Both the position numbers and the translations under genes were made by a program. From IMG/VR virus record IMGVR_UViG_2877948078_000003: a DNA stretch of 64,000 bases, one strand, 5' to 3'. The notes below the pieces were generated by a model. It was not told where the DNA came from, searched no databases, and saw nothing but the letters and a program-made list of their open reading frames with translations. Below, piece by piece: positions 9,820 through 18,807 of this stretch (positions are counted from its first letter, which is position 1; each line of letters begins with the position of its first letter). This DNA comes from a virus. Its lineage: Duplodnaviria; Heunggongvirae; Uroviricota; Caudoviricetes.

Positions 9820-10334
9820 TGTTCTTTAAAACATCAAACCCTTCCGCGCTGGCTGCGTGGCAAAAATACCAGCAGGACTGCCAGAAAGTTAAGGATGAGG
9901 CAAAGCGCCTTGAGGCTGTGCTGAATGTTGCGTGCCGGTCGGTATTTGAATTCAGTATCAGTGGCTTTTGTTTTAAGGGGCTGCGTTTTACGGATGACAA
10001 ATATCCTTTTCATCGTGATTTATGGCGAAAACCAACTGCGTCGAATGGCTGGAGCTGCACACCGCGCACATCACGTATTCCCAAAGCCCTGCGCGTTGCC
10101 TCTGACGAACTTAACAGTCTGTGGCGTGAATATTCGCCCGTCACGTATGCCAGAACCGATGCCCTGTTGTTCTGGCTGGGCATTGATTTCTCGGCAATCC
10201 TGTTTGGCCCTGTGGAGTGGTTCTGCGTTGACGATGTGATTTACCTTCAGTGCGGCGTAAAACCCGCAAAACAGAAAATGACCGAAATTCTGTCTGATGA
10301 GTTTTATGCTGCTGAAAAGCGAGTCAGGGGGTGA
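9819..10334 (+). CDS. Hypothetical early protein (171 aa)
   Basis: ORF start overlaps the preceding stop; operon context. Confidence 0.5.
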   Translation: MFFKTSNPSALAAWQKYQQDCQKVKDEAKRLEAVLNVACRSVFEFSISGFCFKGLRFTDDKYPFHRDLWRKPTASNGWSCTPRTSRIPKALRVASDELNSLWREYSPVTYARTDALLFWLGIDFSAILFGPVEWFCVDDVIYLQCGVKPAKQKMTEILSDEFYAAEKRVRG

Positions 10335-10337
10335 TGC

Positions 10338-10889
10338 ATGATGATATTACAACCCATGGGGCGAAAAGGCCGTGCACCCGCTCATGTTCGCGCATGGACA
10401 CCTGAAGAAGATGCGCTGCTGATTGCGCTTTATCCATCCACCCCGGTTAAGGATATTGCTGTCAGGATAAAAAGAAGTTTCTGGGGTGTACATAACCGGA
10501 TTGTTTTATTACGCGGTACTTACCCGGAGTTGCTCAAATGCAAACGTCCAAGATTTAAACATGATGAAGATAAATTTATCCGAAAAAATGCCAGAACGAT
10601 GACCGGTAAGCAAATAGGAGAATATCTGGGGCGAGACCGGGATTCTGTCCACAATCGGGCGCGATATATTGGCGTAAGCATGAAAAAATACGGAGAATTG
10701 CTGCCCTTCACCCGTATACCTGACGATGATGTTCATCTTATTCGTGAATTACGGGATGCTGAATCACCACGACGTCTTACCTTCCGGGAAATAGGCGAGA
10801 AATTTGAATTATCCGAGAGTACGGTGAATTTTATTTATCACCATCGCCGGACTGCCGAGGACGCTGTATTACGGGAGTTAACGCCATGA
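10338..10889 (+). CDS. Hypothetical protein with repeated HTH-like segments (possible DNA-binding)
   Basis: 183 aa; three spaced helix-turn-helix-like stretches (WTPEEDALLIALY, GKQIGEYLGRDRDSVHNRARYIG, LTFREIGEKFELSESTV). Confidence 0.5.
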   Translation: MMILQPMGRKGRAPAHVRAWTPEEDALLIALYPSTPVKDIAVRIKRSFWGVHNRIVLLRGTYPELLKCKRPRFKHDEDKFIRKNARTMTGKQIGEYLGRDRDSVHNRARYIGVSMKKYGELLPFTRIPDDDVHLIRELRDAESPRRLTFREIGEKFELSESTVNFIYHHRRTAEDAVLRELTP

Positions 10890-11071
10890 TAAAGAGACTT
10901 GTATTTTTCGCAATTTTCGTTCCGGTGTTGGGGGTTGGTTTTATATTTGCGATTACAGGAAACCTGTCCATGATGCCAGATATTTGGTTCTTTATCAGGA
11001 TGTCGCTCTTCCTGTTTATTATGAATCTTCTTATCGACATATATATCCGTATTACTGGAAAACATAAATGA
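10886..11071 (+). CDS. Small membrane protein (2 predicted TM helices)
   Basis: 61 aa, strongly hydrophobic; first gene of an AT-rich sub-cluster. Confidence 0.45.
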   Translation: MIKRLVFFAIFVPVLGVGFIFAITGNLSMMPDIWFFIRMSLFLFIMNLLIDIYIRITGKHK

Positions 11072-11442
11072 GAAAAATCACGTCCTTGTCAGAGTTACAG
11101 GAGATGAATATGAGTATTGAATTAAGATCGTCTTATGAGTATCGCAAATTTCTTATCGCCGGAGGCATGAAACCGGAAGATGTGGAAAAAATCGTTTCTT
11201 TTATGGATAAGGAATGTGACAAGCGGGATGTGTCAGAAATTATTATGGATGACATGATTCTGGATTCAGTCGTGGCGTTAAGTCCGTTATGGATTGTGCA
11301 TTCTCTTGCGGAAATTGCCAAAGGCACCGATAAACAGGCAGCTGTTGCTGCCCTTCAGACGCTTAATGAAATGCGTATATCTCCACGCCCGACATTAATA
11401 CAGATGATTTTGTCCAGTATGGAGGATAAAGCAAATGAATAG
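11068..11442 (+). CDS. Hypothetical protein (124 aa)
   Basis: ORF overlapping neighbours by 4 bp; AT-rich sub-cluster. Confidence 0.45.
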   Translation: MRKITSLSELQEMNMSIELRSSYEYRKFLIAGGMKPEDVEKIVSFMDKECDKRDVSEIIMDDMILDSVVALSPLWIVHSLAEIAKGTDKQAAVAALQTLNEMRISPRPTLIQMILSSMEDKANE

Positions 11443-11632
11443 TCTACCCGCTGGATGGGCGCGCCCTCTGATGGCTAAGAAGTATCATTTTTTTAAAACT
11501 GGCGATAATATCAGTATATGTAGGCGGTGGTTATATCTGGCTCATAATCGCGAGCCGGATACATTTGAAAGCCCTGATGACTGTGCCGAATGTCGCAGAA
11601 GACTGAATAAGGAGAAAGATAATGGACAGTAG
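11435..11632 (+). CDS. Hypothetical small protein (65 aa)
   Basis: ORF overlapping neighbours; AT-rich sub-cluster. Confidence 0.4.
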   Translation: MNSLPAGWARPLMAKKYHFFKTGDNISICRRWLYLAHNREPDTFESPDDCAECRRRLNKEKDNGQ

Positions 11633-11918
11633 TTCGCAGTTGTTCTGGTGTTTATATATCACATCGTTTTTCGGTGCATTCGTCATTACACGATGGCTGT
11701 GCCGGAAAGTTATCAGTATTTTTCATAAAAAATACCTGATTGGGCTGGCGGCGACTTCTCTGATTAATGCACTTGCCAGATATCATAAGGGGGAATACTA
11801 CTCAAGAATAAAAACTGATGATGGTTTTAATATTTTTGTGATTCCTCCGGAGTATCGGGTTCAGCTCGATCGGGAAAGTAATATCTATCATATCAGCAGG
11901 AGTGTTGATACAGCATGA
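11622..11918 (+). CDS. Hypothetical membrane protein (98 aa)
   Basis: N-terminal hydrophobic helices; AT-rich sub-cluster; ends overlapping the gemA start. Confidence 0.45.
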   Translation: MDSSSQLFWCLYITSFFGAFVITRWLCRKVISIFHKKYLIGLAATSLINALARYHKGEYYSRIKTDDGFNIFVIPPEYRVQLDRESNIYHISRSVDTA

Positions 11919-12424
11919 GAGGGAAACTGATATCCGCTATTCATGTGGCAAAGCGCGAGCTTGCCCTGGATGATGAGACCTACACATTCGTACTACTGGC
12001 AGCCACCGGCAAAACCAGTTGCCGGGATATGTCACCCGGTGAGTTATCCCGCGTGCTGGATGTTTTCAAAAAACGCGGTTTTAAAGTGCGTCAGAAACCG
12101 GTTAACCGGGCCTTAAAACCGGGTACGGTGACCGCCAAAATTCGCGCCATCTGGAAAGTGATGCACCGGCAGGGCTTTATCTCTGATGGTGCGGAAACCG
12201 CTCTTAACCGCTGGGTGAAATCGCAGACGGCCGCGCAGAACGGCGGCGAAGGTGTGGCAAACTGGCAGTGGCTGGAGCAACACCCCGCCCTGGCCTCAGA
12301 TGTGCTGGAGCGTCTCAAGCGATGGCACCGCCGCAAAATGCTGGCCGCGATGGGAATGCCCGAACGCACGCTGATGGGGTATGACGCCGTTTGCAGGCAG
12401 TATGAAAAATCACTTCCCCGTTAA
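11915..12424 (+). CDS. gemA: GemA-like regulatory protein (Mu gp16 family)
   Basis: 169 aa; position directly upstream of mor; sequence character consistent with the Mu GemA family. Confidence 0.65.
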   Translation: MRGKLISAIHVAKRELALDDETYTFVLLAATGKTSCRDMSPGELSRVLDVFKKRGFKVRQKPVNRALKPGTVTAKIRAIWKVMHRQGFISDGAETALNRWVKSQTAAQNGGEGVANWQWLEQHPALASDVLERLKRWHRRKMLAAMGMPERTLMGYDAVCRQYEKSLPR

Positions 12425-12493
12425 CCCCAAATCCCGCCACAACGCGGGATTTTTATTTTAAACTTACCGGGAACGCGAGAACCGGAGGCTGAT

Positions 12494-12919
12494 ATGGCAG
12501 AAACTCAGATGAGCATGTTTGGTGGTGACAGTGAGCAACTGCACGCCCTTATCGACCGCCTTGATGACATCCCTGATGATGTTCTCAAAAAGAACTGGCC
12601 GCGGACCCTGTCAGAACTGGTTGAAGTCACCGGCGCAGAACTTCAGCGTCAGGGGATTGAGCCGGTACTGGCCGGTAAACTGGCACGCAAGGTGGCTGCG
12701 GCTCAGGCAGCCTATATGGGCGGACGGGGTTATTACCTGCCGGTCGGGGAATCTCTCTTTGCCGAGCTGCGAAACAATGAGATATTTTCGCGCTGGGACC
12801 GGGGCGAGAAGATTGAATCCCTTCGCCGCCATTACCGGATGTCAGAAACCCAGATTTATACCGTCATACGTGAACAGCGCCGTCTGCATCTGGCAAGAAC
12901 GCAACCGCCACTTTTCTGA
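12494..12919 (+). CDS. mor: Mor/C-family transcriptional activator (middle/late operon regulator)
   Basis: 141 aa; C-terminal HTH (RRHYRMSETQIYTVIREQRR); position between gemA and the lysis genes. Confidence 0.75.
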   Translation: MAETQMSMFGGDSEQLHALIDRLDDIPDDVLKKNWPRTLSELVEVTGAELQRQGIEPVLAGKLARKVAAAQAAYMGGRGYYLPVGESLFAELRNNEIFSRWDRGEKIESLRRHYRMSETQIYTVIREQRRLHLARTQPPLF

Positions 12920-12990
12920 TATTCCGCAAAGCCTGCCGCCTCTCCTTCACCGTTACGCTGACTCAGAGAACATCATGAGACAGCGTAACA

Positions 12991-13491
12991 ATGCCAAAAC
13001 TCCCCGCACCACTGCGTAAAAAGCTGATTGCCCTTGTTCTGGCCGGTGCCGGGACGTTCACGATTGCCACGCATTACACCGGTTACTGGGAAGGGAAAGA
13101 AAACTCCACGTATATCGATCCCACCGGTACACCCACCATCTGTTACGGCCATACCGGCCCGGATGTGAAACCGGGTATGACCCTGACAGATGAAGAATGC
13201 CTGGAACTACTGGAAAAGGACATGAAATGGGCCTTTGCGGCCATTGATCGGCGTGTTCAGGTGCCGCTTACCCGTGGTCAGACGGTGGCGCTGGCTTCGT
13301 GGATCTTCTGGGCCGGTGAAACGAACTTTCGCAACTCCACGCTTCTGCGCCTGATCAATGCCGGGCAGATGCCCGCGTCCTGTAAGCAGTATATCCGCTG
13401 GATTTATTCAAAGGGGGTGAAACTTCCCGGCCTTGAGGCCCGCCGTTCGGCGGATGAATGGTTATGTCGCTACGACTTGCCGAAAGTCTGA
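12991..13491 (+). CDS. lys: Mu-type endolysin (lysozyme with N-terminal signal-anchor)
   Basis: 166 aa; hydrophobic N-terminus; catalytic pattern WEGKENSTYIDPTGTPTICYGHTG (E...D...T). Confidence 0.8.
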   Translation: MPKLPAPLRKKLIALVLAGAGTFTIATHYTGYWEGKENSTYIDPTGTPTICYGHTGPDVKPGMTLTDEECLELLEKDMKWAFAAIDRRVQVPLTRGQTVALASWIFWAGETNFRNSTLLRLINAGQMPASCKQYIRWIYSKGVKLPGLEARRSADEWLCRYDLPKV

Positions 13492-13564
13492 ACCGCTTCT
13501 GGCGACCGCTCATGATAGCGCTGCTGTGTGCGGTACTGCTGTTACGGGGTGTCCTGTGGCTGCG

Positions 13565-13954
13565 GTGAATAACGCCTTACCGGCCCTGATTGCCGGGGCG
13601 TGCATGGCGGCGCTGGGGACTATCGCTGTACTGGTTGCCGCGATATGGGGAATGCACCAGAAGACGCAGCGCCTTGAAGACAATAATCAGGTGCTTGTGC
13701 GTGAGCGGGATGAGGCGCGTCAGGTGCTGGCAAATCAGCAGCACACCCTGCAACTCATTTCACAAATCAGTGAGGCGGCCACGAATGAAAAGCAACAGAA
13801 CATTCAGCACAGCGAGGAGCAGCAGAGCGTTGTCCGCCGGTCGCTGGCAGCAGTGCCTGCGGCCTCTGTCCCTGTTCCTGATGATGTGGCTGACCGGGTG
13901 CGCCGGGCCGTCTGTGAAATACGTGCCTGTGAAGCCGGTGCCGATCCCCGCTGA
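13565..13954 (+). CDS. Rz-like i-spanin of the Mu-like lysis module
   Basis: TM helix (LPALIAGACMAALGTIAVLVAAIWG) then coiled-coil-like region; GTG start inferred, upstream part of the longer ORF disregarded. Confidence 0.5.
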   Translation: MNNALPALIAGACMAALGTIAVLVAAIWGMHQKTQRLEDNNQVLVRERDEARQVLANQQHTLQLISQISEAATNEKQQNIQHSEEQQSVVRRSLAAVPAASVPVPDDVADRVRRAVCEIRACEAGADPR

Positions 13955-14156
13955 ATGGCTGGCTGACTGCCTGGTCCCTCCTGCGCCGGAGCCGTTCACG
14001 TTTGGGGCATCGGTCACTTACAACCTGCAACTGCTGGCGGTGATCAAGAACTGCAACGTGGATAAGGCCAGTATTCGTCGTCTGGAGGCGCGGCGACAAC
14101 ATGAATTTACTGATATGGCCGGAACGCCTGCTGTTCCGGCAGGAAAGACGAAGTAA
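13785..14156 (+). CDS. Rz1-like o-spanin lipoprotein, overlapping Rz in another frame
   Basis: Lipobox LTGCAGPS after a hydrophobic stretch, proline-rich mature part; start codon uncertain. Confidence 0.45.
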   Translation: MKSNRTFSTARSSRALSAGRWQQCLRPLSLFLMMWLTGCAGPSVKYVPVKPVPIPAEWLADCLVPPAPEPFTFGASVTYNLQLLAVIKNCNVDKASIRRLEARRQHEFTDMAGTPAVPAGKTK

Positions 14157-14166
14157 GGAAAAAGGT

Positions 14167-14394
14167 ATGGATGATTCAGATCGTGCTCAGGCTGTGATGG
14201 AGCGGGGATCAGAACGCGCCCTTTGTAACCGGCTGACACGTAAGCGCCAGGCAGTGGATACGCCGGGCAGACGTGTCTGCGCGGACTGTGGCGGAGAGAT
14301 CCCCGCCGCACGTCTTGTTGCTGTGCCGGATGCCATCCGTTGTGTGAACTGCCAGAACATCATGGAGGCCCGTCATGTGGGTCAGCATCGTTAA
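14167..14394 (+). CDS. TraR/DksA-family C4 zinc-finger protein
   Basis: 75 aa from the internal Met; CADCGGEIPAARLVAVPDAIRCVNC matches the C4-type CxxC-x17-CxxC motif. Confidence 0.6.
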   Translation: MDDSDRAQAVMERGSERALCNRLTRKRQAVDTPGRRVCADCGGEIPAARLVAVPDAIRCVNCQNIMEARHVGQHR

Positions 14395-14683
14395 AGATTA
14401 TGTTGTGCCGATCCTTTCGGCGACGGCAACCGCTGGCGGGATATTCATGGCGCTGATGCGCAAAACGTTTGTCCCCCGCGAGGCCTTTGAAAAACTCTCC
14501 GACCGCGTTGAGAAGGTGGAAACCCGTCTGTCGTCACTGCCGACAGAAGCCGAGGTCAACCGTCTGAATGTGGAAATCGTGACCCTGCGGGGTGAACTGA
14601 AAACCACGAACGCCACGCTCCGCTCTGTCTCCTATCAGAACGAACTGCTGCTGGAGCAGGCTGTAAGGAAAAAAACGCAATGA
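14375..14683 (+). CDS. Membrane/coiled-coil protein (Mu gp25 position)
   Basis: 102 aa; N-terminal TM helix then coiled coil. Confidence 0.5.
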   Translation: MWVSIVKDYVVPILSATATAGGIFMALMRKTFVPREAFEKLSDRVEKVETRLSSLPTEAEVNRLNVEIVTLRGELKTTNATLRSVSYQNELLLEQAVRKKTQ

Positions 14684-14970
14684 GTGATTTCATTACTGAA
14701 GATCAGCGTCTGGTCATTCTGCGGTCGCTGGCAGATTACAACGGTGAACTGGGTGAATCCGTGCTCCAGGACTGTCTGGATGATTACGGCCACCGCGTGT
14801 CCCGCGACACCGTTCACACCCACATTGCCTGGCTTGCCGAGCAGGGACTGGTGCGCAAACGTGTTCTGATTAACGGTTATTTCATCGCAGAGCTGACCGG
14901 CCGGGGGCAGGATGTGGCGGAAGGCCGCGCCAGTGTTCCGGGTGTGAAGAAACCACGCGCAAGGGGGTAA
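14680..14970 (+). CDS. Mu gp26-position protein
   Basis: 96-aa ORF, overlapping stop/start with neighbours. Confidence 0.5.
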   Translation: MSDFITEDQRLVILRSLADYNGELGESVLQDCLDDYGHRVSRDTVHTHIAWLAEQGLVRKRVLINGYFIAELTGRGQDVAEGRASVPGVKKPRARG

Positions 14971-14972
14971 CG

Positions 14973-15554
14973 ATGGACAAGCCGACGCGTGGTCGTGTAC
15001 GCAAGGTGGATTTGCTCCCCGACAGTATCCGTAAGCCGCTGCTGGAAATGCTGCGTGAAAAACGTCTGACGCAGGTCCAGATCCGCGAGGAAATCAACCG
15101 TCTGATCCGTGAGGCGGGCCTGCCGGAAGAGCAGCAGCTTTCACCGGCGGCCATCAGCCGGGAAGCCTCCCGTAATGAGCTGATTGCCCGTAACCTGCGT
15201 GATTTACGCGAGCAGACAAAAGCCATGATGGCCGAACTGGGGGACAAGCCGACCGGTGAAACCACTGCACTGATTCTGGAGATGTCCCGCGCCCTGATGT
15301 ACCGCCGTCTGCGTGCCGCCACCGAATCCCTGAACAGCGACAGCGACGTGGATATGCGTCTTATTAAGGACATCCTCCTGTCAGCACAGCGTGCGGAAAG
15401 TGCCGCCGAGCGCAGCATTAAGCGTGAAAAAGAAATCCGGGCTGCATTTGCTGAAGAGATGGCAAACGCCGTCACCGACGAGCTGCGCGGCGTGGACGGG
15501 ATGAGTGAACAGCTTGAGTCCCGTATTAAGGGGATTCTGTTGGGTAAAGCCTGA
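14973..15554 (+). CDS. Mu gp27-like protein (putative small terminase / DNA-binding)
   Basis: 193 aa, immediately upstream of the large terminase; N-terminal HTH-like segment. Confidence 0.6.
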   Translation: MDKPTRGRVRKVDLLPDSIRKPLLEMLREKRLTQVQIREEINRLIREAGLPEEQQLSPAAISREASRNELIARNLRDLREQTKAMMAELGDKPTGETTALILEMSRALMYRRLRAATESLNSDSDVDMRLIKDILLSAQRAESAAERSIKREKEIRAAFAEEMANAVTDELRGVDGMSEQLESRIKGILLGKA

Positions 15555-17218
15555 TGAATAACGCCGAAGAACGCTCACCCTTACTGACGAATACCGTCTC
15601 CACCCGCAAAATTGATCTGGCCGGTGAAAAAGCCCTGCTGGGCGTGGATGTGCCGGACAGCCTTGATTTGCCCGGTGATATGCCGGTGTTTCTGGATTAT
15701 CAGGCCCGCTGGTTTGAGGATGAAAGCGAGGTCTGCATCGCGGAAAAATCCCGCCGCACCGGGCTTACCTGGGCGGAAGCCGGGCGTAACGTCATTACCG
15801 CTGCAAAACCGAAGCGGCGTGGTGGCCGCAATGTGTTTTATGTGGGGTCAAAGCAGGAGATGGCGCTGGAATATATTTCTGCCTGTGCATTGTTCTCCCG
15901 TGCCTTTAACCAGCTGGCCGATGCTGATGTGTATGAGCAGACCTTCTGGGATCGGGATAAAAAAGAAGAAATTCTGACCTACATGATCCGCTTTCCGAAC
16001 AGTGGATTCAAAATTCAGGCGCTGTCTTCCCGTCCGTCAAACCTGCGCGGCCTTCAGGGGGATGTGGTGATTGATGAAGCCGCGTTCCACGAGTCGCTGG
16101 ATGAACTTCTCAAGGCGGCAATGGCGCTTACCATGTGGGGCGCGCGCGTGCGTATTATCTCCACGCATAACGGCGTCGATAATCTGTTTAATCAGTACAT
16201 TCAGGAAGCCCGCGAGGGGCGCAAGGATTACAGCGTCCACCGCATTACCCTGGATGATGCCATTACGGACGGGTTGTACCGTCGTATCTGTTATGTCACC
16301 GGCCGCGAATGGTCACCGGAAAGCGAGCAGAAGTGGCGTGATGATCTCTACAAAAACGCCCCGACCCGTGAGGATGCCGACGAGGAATACGGCTGTATCC
16401 CGAAAAAATCCGGCGGTGCCTATATTCCTCACGCACTTATTGAAATGGCGATGATCCGCGACATCCCGATTCTGACGTTTGAAGCCCCGGACGACTTCAT
16501 CAGCCGTGCCGCATGGCTGCGTGAATCGGAAGTTTTAACCTGGTGTGAAGAACATTTAAAACCGCTTTTAGAGGCGTTAAATCCCCGTTCCCGCTTCAGC
16601 TTCGGGGAAGACTTTGCCCGCACCGGTGACCTGTCCTGCTTTGTGCTGCTGGAAATCACTGAATCCCTGGCAAAACGCGAGGTGTTTCGCGTGGAGCTGC
16701 GCAACCTGCCGTATGCCCAGCAGGAGCAGGTGATGATGTACATCCTGACCCGCGTTCCGGCGCTGGTCGGTGCGGCGTTCGACGCCACCGGTAACGGCGA
16801 CTATCTGGCCGAAGCCGCGCTGCTGGCCTTTGGCCCGGACATCATCGACTGCGTGATGTTATCGCCGAAGTGGTACGGCGAGTGGATGCCAAAACTGAAG
16901 GCCGAGTTTGAAGATCAGAATATCCTCGTCGCCCGCCATCAGACCACGCTTGATGATTTGCGCCATGTGAAGATGGTGAACGGTATCCCGCAAATCGACA
17001 AGGGGCGCACGAAGGACCAGAACGCAACGGCTGTGAACGCCCGCCGCCATGGCGATTTTGCCGTGGCGCTCTGTATGGCAAACCGGGCGTCATACATGGA
17101 GGGCTTCATCCTGGATGAATCAGCCTGTCAGGCGCTGCCGGAGCGGTCGCGGGCAATGGAGGGCGGTTATCGTGATGACGATGAGGCATATCATGAATTT
17201 GATCGGGGGTGCTGGTAG
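15554..17218 (+). CDS. Terminase large subunit (Mu gp28-like)
   Basis: 554 aa; position and size match Mu gp28; ATPase/nuclease-type acidic motifs. Confidence 0.85.
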   Translation: MNNAEERSPLLTNTVSTRKIDLAGEKALLGVDVPDSLDLPGDMPVFLDYQARWFEDESEVCIAEKSRRTGLTWAEAGRNVITAAKPKRRGGRNVFYVGSKQEMALEYISACALFSRAFNQLADADVYEQTFWDRDKKEEILTYMIRFPNSGFKIQALSSRPSNLRGLQGDVVIDEAAFHESLDELLKAAMALTMWGARVRIISTHNGVDNLFNQYIQEAREGRKDYSVHRITLDDAITDGLYRRICYVTGREWSPESEQKWRDDLYKNAPTREDADEEYGCIPKKSGGAYIPHALIEMAMIRDIPILTFEAPDDFISRAAWLRESEVLTWCEEHLKPLLEALNPRSRFSFGEDFARTGDLSCFVLLEITESLAKREVFRVELRNLPYAQQEQVMMYILTRVPALVGAAFDATGNGDYLAEAALLAFGPDIIDCVMLSPKWYGEWMPKLKAEFEDQNILVARHQTTLDDLRHVKMVNGIPQIDKGRTKDQNATAVNARRHGDFAVALCMANRASYMEGFILDESACQALPERSRAMEGGYRDDDEAYHEFDRGCW

Positions 17219-18807
17219 TGGGACGCATAATTGATCTTGACGGAAAACCTTTCTCCTTTGACCCGGAGATGCAGAGTGCCGTGCTGGATATTCCGCAGAT
17301 TGCCAGCCGTTATATTGAGCATCCGGCCTCGGGTATCACCCCGAACCGGGCGGCACAGTGCCTTCGCGGGGCTGAACGTGGCGATCTGATTGCCCAGTCC
17401 GATCTGGCCGCTGACATTGAAGAAAAGGATACCCATCTTTTTGCAGAGCTGGGCAAGCGACGTCTTGCCATTCAGGGGGTGCCCTGGAGTATTGAGCCGC
17501 CCCCGAACGCCAGCGCGAATGAGAAAAAGGACGCGGAAATGCTCGACGAATACCTGCATTCCGCCGACTGGTTTGATGCCATGCTGTTTGATGCCACCGA
17601 TGCCATCCTGAAAGGCTATTCCTGCATGGAGATTGAGCACGGGATGCTCGGTAAAATGCACATCATCCGCGCCATCCGCTGGCGTGACAGCGGGCATTTC
17701 TGCCTTAACCCGGATGATTTGAGCGAACTGCGGCTGCGTGACGGCAGCCATGCCGGGGTGGCGTTTCAGCCCTTTGGCTGGATAGTGCATCAGTCACGTT
17801 CACGCACCGGTTACGGCGGCGCAACAGGGCTTGTCAGAACGCTTATCTGGCCGTTCATTTTCAAAAACTATTCCGTGCGCGATCTGGCTGAATTTCTGGA
17901 GGTGTACGGCCTGCCGATGAAGGTCGGTAAATACCCGTCCGGGGCAACACCGGAGCAGAAAAGCGCCCTGATGCGGGCGGTGATGGATATCGGGCGACGT
18001 ACAGGCGGGATCATCCCGGCCGGGATGTCGCTGGAGTTTCAGGCAGCCGCGAACGGTCAGGCCGATCCGTTTGAAACCATGATTTCGTGGGGGGAGCGTT
18101 CCATCTCCAAAGCAATACTCGGCGGCACGCTGACCACGGAAGCCGGAGACAAAGGCGCGCGCTCGCTGGGTGAAGTGCATAACGAGGTGCGCCGGGAAAT
18201 CAGGGATTCTGATTTACGCCAGCTGGCCGCCACGCTGAACCGCGATCTGGTGTATCCGCTGTATGCCCTGAACACCGCCCACGCCATTGATATCCGTCGC
18301 CTGCCGCGTATCTGTTTCCAGACAAAAGAGCCGGGGGATATCACCAAAATCACCAGTGCGGTGATGCAGCTCAGTACGGGGATGGATATTTCTGATCCCT
18401 GGATAAGGGAGCAGACCGGTATTCCGCAGCCCACGCCCGGTGAAGCCATCTTCCGTGTCCGTCAGAGTGGCAATGAACCTGCTCAGACAGACAAAGAGAT
18501 GCCACCGGAAAAACAGGAGAAGACAGAGCAGACAGCGCTGGCTGCCAGACTGCCGGAAGCGAAAAGCAGCCCCCGTGATGAACTGGACGACATGGGGGAT
18601 GCGGTGCCTGCCCGCCGGTTACAGGAGGCCATCGACCCGGTACTGGAGCCGGTCATTGATGCCATCAGAACGCGGGGGCTGGCGGAGGCACTGGCAGACC
18701 TGCCCGCCCTTTACCGTGAAATGGATGATTCCCGCCTGATGACGCTGCTCAGTGATGCCATGTTTGCTGCGGAAATGAAGGGGATGCTGGATGGCACAGG
18801 GGATTGA
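17209..18807 (+). CDS. Portal protein (Mu gp29 / H-like)
   Basis: 532 aa following the terminase; Mu-like portal size and order. Confidence 0.85.
   Translation: MLVVGRIIDLDGKPFSFDPEMQSAVLDIPQIASRYIEHPASGITPNRAAQCLRGAERGDLIAQSDLAADIEEKDTHLFAELGKRRLAIQGVPWSIEPPPNASANEKKDAEMLDEYLHSADWFDAMLFDATDAILKGYSCMEIEHGMLGKMHIIRAIRWRDSGHFCLNPDDLSELRLRDGSHAGVAFQPFGWIVHQSRSRTGYGGATGLVRTLIWPFIFKNYSVRDLAEFLEVYGLPMKVGKYPSGATPEQKSALMRAVMDIGRRTGGIIPAGMSLEFQAAANGQADPFETMISWGERSISKAILGGTLTTEAGDKGARSLGEVHNEVRREIRDSDLRQLAATLNRDLVYPLYALNTAHAIDIRRLPRICFQTKEPGDITKITSAVMQLSTGMDISDPWIREQTGIPQPTPGEAIFRVRQSGNEPAQTDKEMPPEKQEKTEQTALAARLPEAKSSPRDELDDMGDAVPARRLQEAIDPVLEPVIDAIRTRGLAEALADLPALYREMDDSRLMTLLSDAMFAAEMKGMLDGTGD

Noticed and set aside
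13433-13564. N-terminal extension of the Rz-like ORF overlapping the endolysin 3' end
   Set aside because: The upstream part is an out-of-frame overlap of the endolysin gene with no independent start signal; the spanin most likely starts near 13565 just before its TM helix.
17191-17790. 199-aa minus-strand ORF inside the portal gene; similar long antisense ORFs at 4147-4665, 4882-5454, 21451-22014, 21885-22442 and 28486-29343
   Set aside because: They lie antisense to large, well-supported structural or transposase genes in GC-rich DNA where long open frames arise by chance; their products are Arg/Pro/His-rich with no motifs or RBS.
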